The translations under genes and the position numbers were made by a program. Shown piece after piece: positions 33,700 through 42,325 of a DNA stretch of 64,000 bases. Under the pieces are notes generated by a model. That model was not told where the DNA came from and did not search any database. It saw nothing but the letters and a program-made list of their open reading frames with translations. The stretch spans positions 139,809 through 203,808 of the forward strand of contig JAHJTE010000002.1 in NCBI GenBank assembly GCA_018830005.1, in the 5' to 3' direction. The stretch comes from Candidatus Omnitrophota bacterium (GTDB lineage Bacteria > Omnitrophota > Gorgyraeia > JAHJTE01). Numbering within the stretch: position 1 is the first letter of the stretch; every line of letters starts with the position of its first letter.

Positions 33700-34110
33700 T
33701 TATTCTTTAAAAGATCCCCCTTCTTTATTCAATCTATTACAAAGAGCAATAAAACCTTCATCTTTTTCCTGGCGCGTTAAGAAACACAGACCTACATCAA
33801 AATATCCATCAGCTCGAGGACTAACTCTAACAACCTTTCCCAGTATTCCCCTTTGAACAATAAATGTGTTTGCTTCTATCTGTCGACAAAGATCTAAGGT
33901 GCCCATATCAAAAGAAAGCCAAAGGATTACCTCTTCTGGAATTCTATCCTTTAATTTACATAATAGGCCGGATTGACTGATATTCTGAGTATAGCCTGAG
34001 AATAATTTAGATATAGTTTCTTGCTTGCAGACCTTATAGCCTAATGGCTCTGTATAATCAAGGCGCACAAATCTCCTGCGCTCTGGCCTAGAATTAGCGT
34101 GATTTTCCAT
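33700..34110 (-). CDS. PilZ domain protein (c-di-GMP receptor)
   Basis: ERRRFVR (RxxxR) and NISQSG (D/NxSxxG); ATG at 34110 preferred over the upstream track start. Confidence 0.8.
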   Translation of the reverse strand: MENHANSRPERRRFVRLDYTEPLGYKVCKQETISKLFSGYTQNISQSGLLCKLKDRIPEEVILWLSFDMGTLDLCRQIEANTFIVQRGILGKVVRVSPRADGYFDVGLCFLTRQEKDEGFIALCNRLNKEGGSFKE

Positions 34111-34213
34111 AACTCTATAATTATAGATAAGATAGGTGTGATTTGCAACTAAAATTTGATAATGCAGGTAGGTGCAAGATGATAAGAAAAATAACAAGTA
34201 GGACTTAAGCTAA

Positions 34214-34375
34214 TCAACGAGATTCTCTTAGATGCTGCCTTGTTGACTTGGATAATCTTGAAGAGTATTTAGCGAAGAATTCATTCATCTGACGCAGCCA
34301 TTCTAATTTCTTTTTAGGAGATATTTTCATAAACCTCAAAAGCCGCATCTTTTCACTTTCCCATTTAAAAATCAT
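34214..34375 (-). CDS. 53-aa basic protein translationally coupled to the nucleotidyltransferase
   Basis: Hand translation MIFKWESEKMRLLRFMKISPKKKLEWLRQMNEFFAKYSSRLSKSTRQHLRESR; ATGA overlap with the upstream stop. Confidence 0.65.
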   Translation of the reverse strand: MIFKWESEKMRLLRFMKISPKKKLEWLRQMNEFFAKYSSRLSKSTRQHLRESR

Positions 34376-34869
34376 TTTCCCTTCCTTAATTTCTTGATCT
34401 TTTTAAGTTCAGCTATATCAAATTTATCTACTATTCGAGATGTGTTTTTCTTCATCCTTAGAAGGTCATCTATAGAGATCACAGGGATCCTAATGTCATC
34501 AATCTTCATATTTATCGTCCTTTTTCTAGCTACCTCATAGGAGACGGGTGAATCTATGATTATATCAACCTCCTTTATTCCGTCCTTACCATAGAAATTA
34601 AATGCCTTCATATGTTTATTTTTAATCCAATCTGCTCTTATTTTCCTATCTGCAATTCCCATAGGGTCTACTGGTTGTTTTACCTTAAAACCGCGCTTTT
34701 TTAAAATCTTAACAATTTTTGAAAGATTGTCATCACTCATTTCTACGAGTATGTCTAAATCAGCAGTACTTCTCAGTGAACCGAGGAGATTAACAGCAAT
34801 TCCACCTACGATCATATATTTTACTTTCTTTTTCTGAAAGGCCCGTAATAACTCTTCGTAAATAAGCAT
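34372..34869 (-). CDS. Pol-beta superfamily nucleotidyltransferase (DUF6036/AbiEii-like)
   Basis: IVGGIAVNLLG...R.T.DLD, VDII, DLLRMKK..R..D. Confidence 0.78.
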   Translation of the reverse strand: MLIYEELLRAFQKKKVKYMIVGGIAVNLLGSLRSTADLDILVEMSDDNLSKIVKILKKRGFKVKQPVDPMGIADRKIRADWIKNKHMKAFNFYGKDGIKEVDIIIDSPVSYEVARKRTINMKIDDIRIPVISIDDLLRMKKNTSRIVDKFDIAELKKIKKLRKGK

Positions 34870-34915
34870 CTCTTCAACCTATATACTACATTCTGTCTTC
34901 AATATCCTTAAATCT

Positions 34916-35659
34916 TTATTTTATTTCCAGATTATATTTATTGGTACGCATCTTGGCAAGCTCCCAGGAATATTCGTAAAGATGCAGTCCTTTACTTACA
35001 GCAATAATCTCACCGTTTTCAACGCCGATTTCATCAGCCATATATTGCTTTACTAGCTCTAATCCACCCAGATTAGAAGGAAACCCTCCCCATAAATCCC
35101 AGGAGCGAAAATAAAGGATGAAATGTAATTTGCCGTAACGAATTCGCGTATCGATAAGACGCAGACAGGGCGGATCAACGAGCTTTATATCAGAAGGCAT
35201 GCCGATTTCCATAATTGCCTGATTAGTTCCATGCCCTTGCCTCTTGTATATGTTAATAACCTCCTGAACCTGATTAACATTTAAGGCCAATTCCTCAGCC
35301 ATCTTGTTTTCGGATTGAGTAGCTACTTTAACCTTGGGATCAACAAGTCTCTCTCCATAAGTGTACTCTTCGGTCTCTGTCTTAGTCCCTGTCAAAAGAT
35401 AGGAAAGATATCCTTGAATATAGTCCATATCCGTTGGCGAAGGAATACTCATCCCCTCGGGAATAATGGGAATAATCTGATGGGCTGGATTCTTAACGCG
35501 CACAACAACAAAATCAAACTCCAGACGACGCTGCCCCTGATAACTGCCACGCGTAATAGTATAGACGTGACCCTTCTCTAAAATAGCGTTTAGGCACTGA
35601 AACCAGGCATCATCTAAATCAAAGCTTTCAATACTTACAGGATTTAAAAATTGGCTCAT
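34916..35659 (-). CDS. thyA: Thymidylate synthase, archaeal-type ThyA-like
   Basis: YTYGERL, PPCL catalytic Cys, FRSWD, N, HLY. Confidence 0.82.
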   Translation of the reverse strand: MSQFLNPVSIESFDLDDAWFQCLNAILEKGHVYTITRGSYQGQRRLEFDFVVVRVKNPAHQIIPIIPEGMSIPSPTDMDYIQGYLSYLLTGTKTETEEYTYGERLVDPKVKVATQSENKMAEELALNVNQVQEVINIYKRQGHGTNQAIMEIGMPSDIKLVDPPCLRLIDTRIRYGKLHFILYFRSWDLWGGFPSNLGGLELVKQYMADEIGVENGEIIAVSKGLHLYEYSWELAKMRTNKYNLEIK

Positions 35660-35662
35660 ATC

Positions 35663-36088
35663 TTAAGCGACAACAATGCACTTTGCCTGTGCAGAGGCTA
35701 TCATCTGGCCATTAGAATTTTTTGCCTGCGCAGAGGTCTTTATGATTTTGCCTTTCTTTTCGTCTATAGTAGATGAAAAAAACAATTTTTCTCCGACCTT
35801 ACTGCTCTTTCTGAAACGAACCCCTAATTCAGCAGTTAAGGCATAAATATTTTTTCTGTATAGGAGGTTAAGCATTACTTCATCTAATACAGTAGCAATA
35901 ATACCTCCATGGGTAATATTCGCAAAACCCTGGTGTACTTTCTTAGGGGTAAACTCTGTCTTCATTGTATTGCCATCTAACTGGAAAGTCAAACCTAATC
36001 CAGAGCTGTTATGCTTGCCGCAAACAAAACACATGAAGTCATCTTCCAACTTTATCTTATCAACCTTATTACTATCGGTCTTGGACAT
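35663..36088 (-). CDS. PaaI family thioesterase
   Basis: CFVCG..N..GL, HGGIIATVLDE hot-dog motif. Confidence 0.85.
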   Translation of the reverse strand: MSKTDSNKVDKIKLEDDFMCFVCGKHNSSGLGLTFQLDGNTMKTEFTPKKVHQGFANITHGGIIATVLDEVMLNLLYRKNIYALTAELGVRFRKSSKVGEKLFFSSTIDEKKGKIIKTSAQAKNSNGQMIASAQAKCIVVA

Positions 36089-36845
36089 GAGTACCTTCCT
36101 GATAATTAGTCATCACCAATTCTGCCGGCGCTAAAGATACTGCCCCTACGATCTTTAAAGGAATTCTTTTTTCATCAACGCTAAGCCAAAGCCTAAATTT
36201 CTTAGGCACACTTTCAATATAAAAGGCCTGAAATTTTCCAGCTGGAACACTTATCTCCTCAATGCGCTTTACCTCAAGCTCAAGTTTATCTAACGGCAAA
36301 TTTAAGTAAAACTTTCTTCCGATTTTAATATTTTTAAACTGACGATAATAATAAATACTTGAGATGGCATGCTGCAAGGGCCTATCTGATGTTATAACCT
36401 TGCTGCTTTCATTTCCCTTTTTATTTTTCGTAATAGTTACTGCCTTGGGATTGCTCTTATAGTCCTCCTCGATAACCTCTTCTTTTCCAAAAAAGAGGAT
36501 GCTTCTCTCAACCCTAAGAGGATAAAATGATTTTGGCACTGCATATATTTTATCCAGATCATGGAAGTTAGCCACGTCAGTTAAAAAAGTAATCAGTATG
36601 GCTTGCACATCCTTTTTAGCCTCAAGGCCTTCGTAGGAGAGTTGCGCCTTACCTATCCTAAAATTATACAATTTTACATCATAGTTTATTATTTCGCCTT
36701 TTTTAAAGGGGGATTCATCCATTGTCCTGCTGATTGTTTTAGAAGTAAAAACAAAAGAGGCCAACTTCTTGCCATACAAAAAAACAACAATAAGAAGAAC
36801 AATAGCTAGAATCAGAAGAATCTTTGTGCACCTTCTCTGAAACAT
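36072..36845 (-). CDS. DUF3108-like exported protein
   Basis: N-terminal TM, GEIINYDV, VPAGKF, LWLSVDEKRIPLKI. Confidence 0.7.
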   Translation of the reverse strand: MFQRRCTKILLILAIVLLIVVFLYGKKLASFVFTSKTISRTMDESPFKKGEIINYDVKLYNFRIGKAQLSYEGLEAKKDVQAILITFLTDVANFHDLDKIYAVPKSFYPLRVERSILFFGKEEVIEEDYKSNPKAVTITKNKKGNESSKVITSDRPLQHAISSIYYYRQFKNIKIGRKFYLNLPLDKLELEVKRIEEISVPAGKFQAFYIESVPKKFRLWLSVDEKRIPLKIVGAVSLAPAELVMTNYQEGTHVQDR

Positions 36846-36849
36846 AATA

Positions 36850-37236
36850 TTAGTCTATCCTTAATCGTTCTGAGATCTTATTTGTTATATCGTGGGCCAA
36901 CTCTACCTTTGGTAATAAATTTTTGCGGGCCTTCACAGTAAGCTTTACAGTTTTATCAGTAACCTCTTCTACCCTAACTCTCACCAGGCTACCTGAAACC
37001 TTTGCCTGAATGCTGGCAGAGGCCTTACTACTCTTCAAGATATCTCCGGATTCTTCCAACACATTAAATGCCACTTGCCACAGGCCAGATACGTCAGTAT
37101 CAAAATAACTAGTGACACCATCCGCACTTACGACTAAGGTACCAGCAGCACCCGCACCTACCAAGGCAACGCTACAGCCAGTTAAGAGTAGTGGTAAAAA
37201 CAAAAAAACTAATAATCTTATTTTTAAATTTCGCAT
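36850..37236 (-). CDS. DUF3568-like lipoprotein
   Basis: Lipobox LTGC followed by VGAGAAG. Confidence 0.65.
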   Translation of the reverse strand: MRNLKIRLLVFLFLPLLLTGCSVALVGAGAAGTLVVSADGVTSYFDTDVSGLWQVAFNVLEESGDILKSSKASASIQAKVSGSLVRVRVEEVTDKTVKLTVKARKNLLPKVELAHDITNKISERLRID

Positions 37237-37245
37237 CCAGCACTC

Positions 37246-37845
37246 CTAAAGTTCTAAAGCAGCCTCGGCAATATCCTTTGCCTGTTTTTCTATGCCGGGA
37301 AAATCCAGGATTTCGCCTTTTTTATCTATCTTTGCATAAAATAACTGACCGCAATACTGAGTATTAACTACATCAAAGAAATTCTTGATAATCTGCTTGG
37401 CATTTTCAAAAAAGTATTCTCTGCTTGAACCAGATACCAAAACCAAAAAACCTTTTTTTCTTTTTATATTTAATGTTGCCTCCTTTGTTAAAGAAGGCTC
37501 CTCTAGGCGCTTTTGCTTTGCTACCCAAAAAGGCTGCATGCGATCAATCAACATCTTGGCCTGGGAACTTAAGCTGCCAAAATAAATAGGCGAGCCAAAA
37601 ATAATAACATCAGAATCAGCAATTTTTTTGTAAATGCCTCCTAGGTCGTCATCTAGAATGCAAACTGCGCCTTCTGCGCATTCCTCACAACCCTGACAAG
37701 GACGAAAATTTAAATCATTGATAATAATGGTTTCGGATTGTGCGCGTTTGCCAATAGAATTACTGATTTTGCTAAGTACAATATCAGTGTTGCCGCCTTT
37801 TCTCGGGCTAGCGTTTATAAACAGGATCTTCTTGACCTTAGACAT
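37246..37845 (-). CDS. Iron-sulfur flavoprotein / multimeric flavodoxin
   Basis: SPRKGGNT, CQGCEEC-x5-C, SPIYFG, LIDR. Confidence 0.88.
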   Translation of the reverse strand: MSKVKKILFINASPRKGGNTDIVLSKISNSIGKRAQSETIIINDLNFRPCQGCEECAEGAVCILDDDLGGIYKKIADSDVIIFGSPIYFGSLSSQAKMLIDRMQPFWVAKQKRLEEPSLTKEATLNIKRKKGFLVLVSGSSREYFFENAKQIIKNFFDVVNTQYCGQLFYAKIDKKGEILDFPGIEKQAKDIAEAALEL

Positions 37846-37873
37846 ATTATTAATCTGGATAGGGTTTGGCTGA

Positions 37874-37947
37874 TGGAGCGGGCAACGGGGCTCGAACCCG
37901 TGTAGGCGGCTTGGAAGGCCGCTGCACTACCACTGTGCTATGCCCGC
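37874..37947 (-). tRNA. tRNA-Gly(TCC)
   Basis: GCGGC-CTTCCAA-GCCGC anticodon arm, GGTTCGAGCCC, encoded CCA. Confidence 0.95.
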
Positions 37948-38007
37948 GTTGCTGGTTTGAGGTTATTACAAGACCCACCACCTCAAAACTTACTTAAGTT
38001 TACTTAA

Positions 38008-38092
38008 TGGTGGGCAGGGCAGGATTTGAACCTGCGAAGCTATGCGCAACAGATTTACAGTCTGTCCCCTTTGACCACTTGGGTACCTGCCC
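38008..38092 (-). tRNA. tRNA-Tyr(GTA)
   Basis: ACAGA-CTGTAAA-TCTGT anticodon arm, long variable arm, encoded CCA. Confidence 0.95.
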
Positions 38093-38101
38093 ATAAAGTT
38101 A

Positions 38102-38174
38102 AGCTGGCGAGAGGAATCGAACCCCCGACGTCCTCATTACAAGTGAGGTGCTCTACCAACTGAGCTACGCCAGC
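38102..38174 (-). tRNA. tRNA-Thr(TGT), integration target
   Basis: GCTGGCG acceptor stem, CCTCA-CTTGTAA-TGAGG anticodon arm, GGTTCGATTCC. Confidence 0.95.
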
Positions 38175-38175
38175 A
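38137..38175. repeat. att core, copy 1 (inside the intact tRNA-Thr)
   Basis: TTACAAGTGAGGTGCTCTACCAACTGAGCTACGCCAGCA, identical to 46381-46419. Confidence 0.95.
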
Positions 38176-38197
38176 AAATATCATAACTTATTTTCTT

Positions 38198-39259
38198 TCA
38201 ATGAACTACAACAACAGACTTTTCTTCCGATTTCTTAACAATAGCCTCTGGTGACCAAATAGTGTCCATTCGCTTGCTTAAAACGTCCACTGCACGCTTC
38301 TTATGGTCAGGCGAAAGGTGACTATATCTAAGGGTCATTTTAAGGGATTTGTGTCCTAGAAGCTCTCTAACAGTATTTAAATCGACTCCTGACATAACAA
38401 GATGTGAGGCAAAGCTATGCCGTAAATCGTGGAAACGGAAGTTAATTATACCTGCTTTCCTCATTGCTGTAAAGAATGATTTTCTTACATTACCATAAGG
38501 TTCACCCTTATCATTACAAAAGACATATGGACTCTCAGAATGTTTCTTTGTTCTAATAAGAGCGGTCTTAACTTTTTCATTCATAGGTATTTCTCTCTTA
38601 TCTCCATTCTTAGTATTAAGTAGGTGAATTATCCCTCGCCTAAAATCGCAGTCCTGCCATTTAAGATTAAGTATCTCACCCCTACGCATCCCAGTGTTTA
38701 AAGCTACGATAACAATCGGTTTTAGATGTTTACTACATTTTGCCAGCAATTTAATTATTTCCTCTTTCTCAAGATAGCGAAGTCTCTTGTTATTCTCCTT
38801 AAAAAGTTTTACTTTAAGCACAGGATTATCTCTTGCCTTTCCCCACTCAATAGCACGATTATACATAGACTTAAAACAAGCAAGAGCTCTATTAACTGTT
38901 GCTGGTGAAACTTCCTTTATTCTTTTTGCCTTGTATCTCTCAACATCTTGGGGCGTTACCTCATAAAGATATTTGCCTGCAAAATACTTTTTTAGATTCT
39001 GGATAATGATAAGGTCTGATTTCTGCCAAGACCTGTTGTTTGGTTTACTATGAAGCTCTAAATATTCATTAGCAAAATCCTCAAACTTAATCTTTAATTC
39101 TTTTCGGACATCTAGATGTTTATTCTCAGCTACCTCTACTAGTCTTTTCTTGAGGACTTGCTCTGCTAAGACTTTACTAGAAGATATCTTCTGTCTAATA
39201 CGCTTACCGTTAGCGTAGTAATCAATCCACCAATTACCTTTTTTAAGATAGACAGCCAT
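38198..39259 (-). CDS. Tyrosine recombinase/integrase
   Basis: N-terminal arm-binding region (WWIDYY...RIR), TGMRRGE, FHDLRHSFAS, LLGHKS, catalytic Tyr in LRYSH. Confidence 0.95.
   Translation of the reverse strand: MAVYLKKGNWWIDYYANGKRIRQKISSSKVLAEQVLKKRLVEVAENKHLDVRKELKIKFEDFANEYLELHSKPNNRSWQKSDLIIIQNLKKYFAGKYLYEVTPQDVERYKAKRIKEVSPATVNRALACFKSMYNRAIEWGKARDNPVLKVKLFKENNKRLRYLEKEEIIKLLAKCSKHLKPIVIVALNTGMRRGEILNLKWQDCDFRRGIIHLLNTKNGDKREIPMNEKVKTALIRTKKHSESPYVFCNDKGEPYGNVRKSFFTAMRKAGIINFRFHDLRHSFASHLVMSGVDLNTVRELLGHKSLKMTLRYSHLSPDHKKRAVDVLSKRMDTIWSPEAIVKKSEEKSVVVVH
38249..38269. repeat. Putative integrase arm-type site within the 3' end of int
   Basis: TGGTGACCAAATAGTGTCCAT; 20/21 identical to 46240-46260. 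Confidence 0.65.
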
Positions 39260-39281
39260 TACTCCCCCCTAAACTGCTATG

Positions 39282-40487
39282 TTACTCCAAAAGTTTTTCT
39301 GATAGACCTTTCATTACTACATAAGGTTGTAATAAAGGATTTTTAAATCTATACCTGTATCTTCTCTTTCCTCCAGTTTTGACTAAAGTAAACCCTCTTT
39401 TTTCTGAACAAAAATCTGATAGATGGCGATTAAAGGTGGCAATGTTCACTTTATGCTTTACGATTCTTTCCAAAGGTTCACGTACATCAGCAGGAGCAAA
39501 ATAACCTAACTCATCTACTTGACATAACGCACAAGCAAACAATACTTGTTTAAATAAAGTATCTTTCCTTGGACTTGTAGTAGCTTTGGTATAAGCATTT
39601 ATAATAATTTGTTGAGCATCATTTATGGCATCATTTATACCTTCAAATAAATCTGTATCAGTGATATTCAAGCGTTGAGATTGCAAAGCTTTCCTTGTAG
39701 CTGCCAAACCAACTAAATGCGTATAATGTGGGAGCCCTTGAGATAAACGTACTATCTCCTGCTTTACTTTAGGATCAATCGACATTTTAAGTTCTTGAAC
39801 TGCTGAATTAATTATTCCACTTAGTTCATCTGACTTCATTCTGGGCATCAAAATTTGTACCAATGACCTATCAATAGATGCGTGTTCCTTCACTAATTCT
39901 TCGATGCTATCAGCTACACCGATTAAAATAATCGTAACATCTATTGAGTAATCAGAAAGCATCTTAATTGTGTCTGCAAGCAACGCCGTTACTTTACCCT
40001 TTTTGATTCTATCAAACTCATCAAATATAAAGACAAAACTTATGTCTTTTATTTGTTGGAGCTTACGAATATCTTCAATTTTTATTCCGTTTTCTTTTAC
40101 CACCAAATCTTTTAAAGAAACAAGCGTTTCTTTGCTTTGCTGACTAAAGCCAATACTTGGCTCCTCCATTATAAGAGATACATTATTTAAGGTTTTGCTC
40201 CATAAAGACGAAAAACTATCAGAAATATCACAATTGACTCTTGAGCAAAGTATCTTATGTTTAGCTAAAGGTTCAAGAACTTCCTGTAGAATATTTGCCA
40301 ATGAAGTTTTCCCAACTCCTCTTTCTCCATAAATGACGCTATGTTGACCTCTGGCAAAGATTAAATCAATAACACGATCCAATTGATAATCTCTTCCAGA
40401 GAATAGACTCCTTTTATCTATTGGGGTTGAAGGACTAAAGAAGCGACCAGCATAAAAAGATTTTTGTTTATAATCAATTCCTTCCAT
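39282..40487 (-). CDS. Solo AAA+/STAND-like (Orc1/Cdc6-like) ATPase with probable C-terminal winged helix
   Basis: LFSGRD, YGERGVGKTS Walker A, FIFDEFD Walker B, GLP.Y. Confidence 0.8.
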   Translation of the reverse strand: MEGIDYKQKSFYAGRFFSPSTPIDKRSLFSGRDYQLDRVIDLIFARGQHSVIYGERGVGKTSLANILQEVLEPLAKHKILCSRVNCDISDSFSSLWSKTLNNVSLIMEEPSIGFSQQSKETLVSLKDLVVKENGIKIEDIRKLQQIKDISFVFIFDEFDRIKKGKVTALLADTIKMLSDYSIDVTIILIGVADSIEELVKEHASIDRSLVQILMPRMKSDELSGIINSAVQELKMSIDPKVKQEIVRLSQGLPHYTHLVGLAATRKALQSQRLNITDTDLFEGINDAINDAQQIIINAYTKATTSPRKDTLFKQVLFACALCQVDELGYFAPADVREPLERIVKHKVNIATFNRHLSDFCSEKRGFTLVKTGGKRRYRYRFKNPLLQPYVVMKGLSEKLLE

Positions 40488-40547
40488 ATAAATACCTCAC
40501 TTTTAATACTAACAATGACTAATTACTATTTATTGTTACTGACTACA

Positions 40548-40575
40548 ATTATACATGATTTTGCCGTTACGTCAA
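40548..40575 (-). promoter_or_regulatory. Putative promoter for the ATPase-integrase genes
   Basis: TTGACG (40570-40575), 16 nt, TATAAT (40548-40553). Confidence 0.55.
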
Positions 40576-40584
40576 GTATTATTT

Positions 40585-40767
40585 TTAGGTTAATGGTTTT
40601 ATCCCTTTCTTATTTACCCAAGTATCTATTTCCCTAAGGTCAAATCTTAAGGCACCATGGAACTTATGGCAAGGGATTTTTCTATGGCAGACCCAGTTGT
40701 AAAGTGTCTTTACTGCTACACCCAAATACTGAGATAAGTCCTTAATTCCTACGAAACGTCTTTCCAT
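40585..40767 (-). CDS. Excisionase-like HTH_17 protein
   Basis: IKDLSQYLGVAVKTLYNWV...IPCHKFHGALRFD. Confidence 0.85.
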   Translation of the reverse strand: MERRFVGIKDLSQYLGVAVKTLYNWVCHRKIPCHKFHGALRFDLREIDTWVNKKGIKPLT

Positions 40768-40942
40768 TCTAAATGCTCAAATTTCTATTTTGCCCCTAAA
40801 GTCTACTTATTAAGCTCCCTTTACTCCTAAAATTCACCTTTTTCCCGTATAATTGCTGCTAGTTTTTCCTCTTTTTCAAGGCTAAATATTAACCTTTTAA
40901 GTTCAAATGTCTCAAAAAAATTAACCTTTTTACACTTAAATC

Positions 40943-41096
40943 TCAGTATTTTTCAGTAAAATAACATACTTGAACACCCTTGAACAACCTTTTTCCTTAA
41001 CATTTCTTAGCATTTCTTAGTATTTCTTAGTAATATGTCAACATTTGTCAATAATATGTTAGCATTTGTTAGCTTAAATGCTTACTTTTGCTCACT
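40943..41096. repeat. Array of short direct repeats with 10-11 bp periodicity
   Basis: TCAGTA x2, CTTGAACA x2, (C/T)ATTTCTTAG x3, TGTCAA x2, TGTTAGC x2, TGCT(T/C)AC x2 in non-coding DNA. Confidence 0.75.
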
Positions 41097-41171
41097 CAAC
41101 TCTACTTTAGGGCTGTAATATTGTATAAGCAATGTCCCTAATCTTCATATGTTCCATAGAAAAACCATTTC

Positions 41172-41363
41172 TCAACTATCTCTTTTTTGCGTAGGAATTG
41201 AAAATTTCCCACCAATGCCTGATCTCTTTGGATTTTTCCCAAAACGATACATAAACAAAGCACAATCTGTAATCTCGCAGCTTCTGACCTCTGAAGGCTG
41301 CCCTGCTGAACAATCAAGACATTTTGCTCTTATGGCCTTTATTGGAGTTAAGCGCTTCATCAT
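41172..41363 (-). CDS. Small Cys-rich (CxxC...C...C) mobile-element protein
   Basis: TPIKAIRAKCLDCSAG...VRSC...CALFMYRFG. Confidence 0.65.
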   Translation of the reverse strand: MMKRLTPIKAIRAKCLDCSAGQPSEVRSCEITDCALFMYRFGKNPKRSGIGGKFSIPTQKRDS

Positions 41364-41889
41364 CTATTTCCTCCAAAATTTTATCTATCAACTTCCCGTC
41401 ATAGCCTCTATCCACATAGAAACTCCTTGCTTTTTTACTGCCACTAACCTTAATAATACCTCTCACCCCTTCCTTAATCTCCTTTTCTGAGGAAAATTGA
41501 TTATCAATATACTTTATTTCTTTATTTATTTCTTTATTTGGGGTAACATTTTGTTGCCCTATACTTGACATTTTGTTATCCTTAGAAGAATTTTTGTTAG
41601 CCTTTCTTTGCTGAATAAAGGATAACAATTTATTAGGCTGTACTAATATCCAATATTTTGTAGCCTCGGTCTTCCATCTCCCCCTAGTACATTTAATAAG
41701 ACCTATCTCCAGCAAATCCGCCACCTGTCTACCTATTGTTGCTTCACAAGCAAACTCTTCCTCAGCTAGCCTTTTATCATCATAGTAAAATGAGCCGTCA
41801 GACTCTAGCATCCTTTTTCTACAAAAGTATTTATATTTGCTAGCTAAATTATAAAATAATGATTTAAGGGGCTGTCTCATTCTTTTCAT
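41314..41889 (-). CDS. Putative phage-type replication initiator (N-terminal wHTH)
   Basis: wHTH-like LAEE...TIGRQVADLLEIGLI, low-complexity linker, NKEINKE motif, iteron-like repeats in the coding DNA. Confidence 0.55.
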   Translation of the reverse strand: MKRMRQPLKSLFYNLASKYKYFCRKRMLESDGSFYYDDKRLAEEEFACEATIGRQVADLLEIGLIKCTRGRWKTEATKYWILVQPNKLLSFIQQRKANKNSSKDNKMSSIGQQNVTPNKEINKEIKYIDNQFSSEKEIKEGVRGIIKVSGSKKARSFYVDRGYDGKLIDKILEEIDDEALNSNKGHKSKMS

Positions 41890-42181
41890 TTTCTTTCACC
41901 ACTTTTTCCATCAATTCTTCGTATTTCTGAAATATAGCTTTGTTAATTATTTCTGCGGTTTCTCGGTTAATAGGATAAAAAATGTTGATCTCTTTGCCAT
42001 TGGGCAATACTTTAATGGGATATAGCAAACGGTAGCCTTCGCCATTTGGACGTGAGTAAATTGCGATTGAATTTAGAGAGATAGAATCATTGATTACACA
42101 GGAAGCAAAGCCCAAAAGGCCTTTCTCGGTAGGTTTAACTGGTATGACGACTGATTCGGTAATTACGATTTCGCTCATCAT
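41864..42181 (-). CDS. SpoVG family nucleic-acid-binding protein
   Basis: GFASCVIND...I.IY...LLYP...YPINRETAEIINKAIFQKY resembles the SpoVG consensus. Confidence 0.7.
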   Translation of the reverse strand: MMSEIVITESVVIPVKPTEKGLLGFASCVINDSISLNSIAIYSRPNGEGYRLLYPIKVLPNGKEINIFYPINRETAEIINKAIFQKYEELMEKVVKENEKNETAP

Positions 42182-42325
42182 CTCCTATCCTCAATAAACA
42201 AGAAGCTGTTGCAGACCTATTCAATCTGAACAGCTATAGTATACATTATTATCTATTTAACGTCAGTGGACGTGCTAAAAGAGCTTATTTTTCTATGGAG
42301 ATGCTATAGAGTTGGCTAGATTTCT

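Noticed and set aside
40943-41096. CRISPR array
   Set aside because: Units are 10-11 bp, lack unique spacers, and no cas genes are present.
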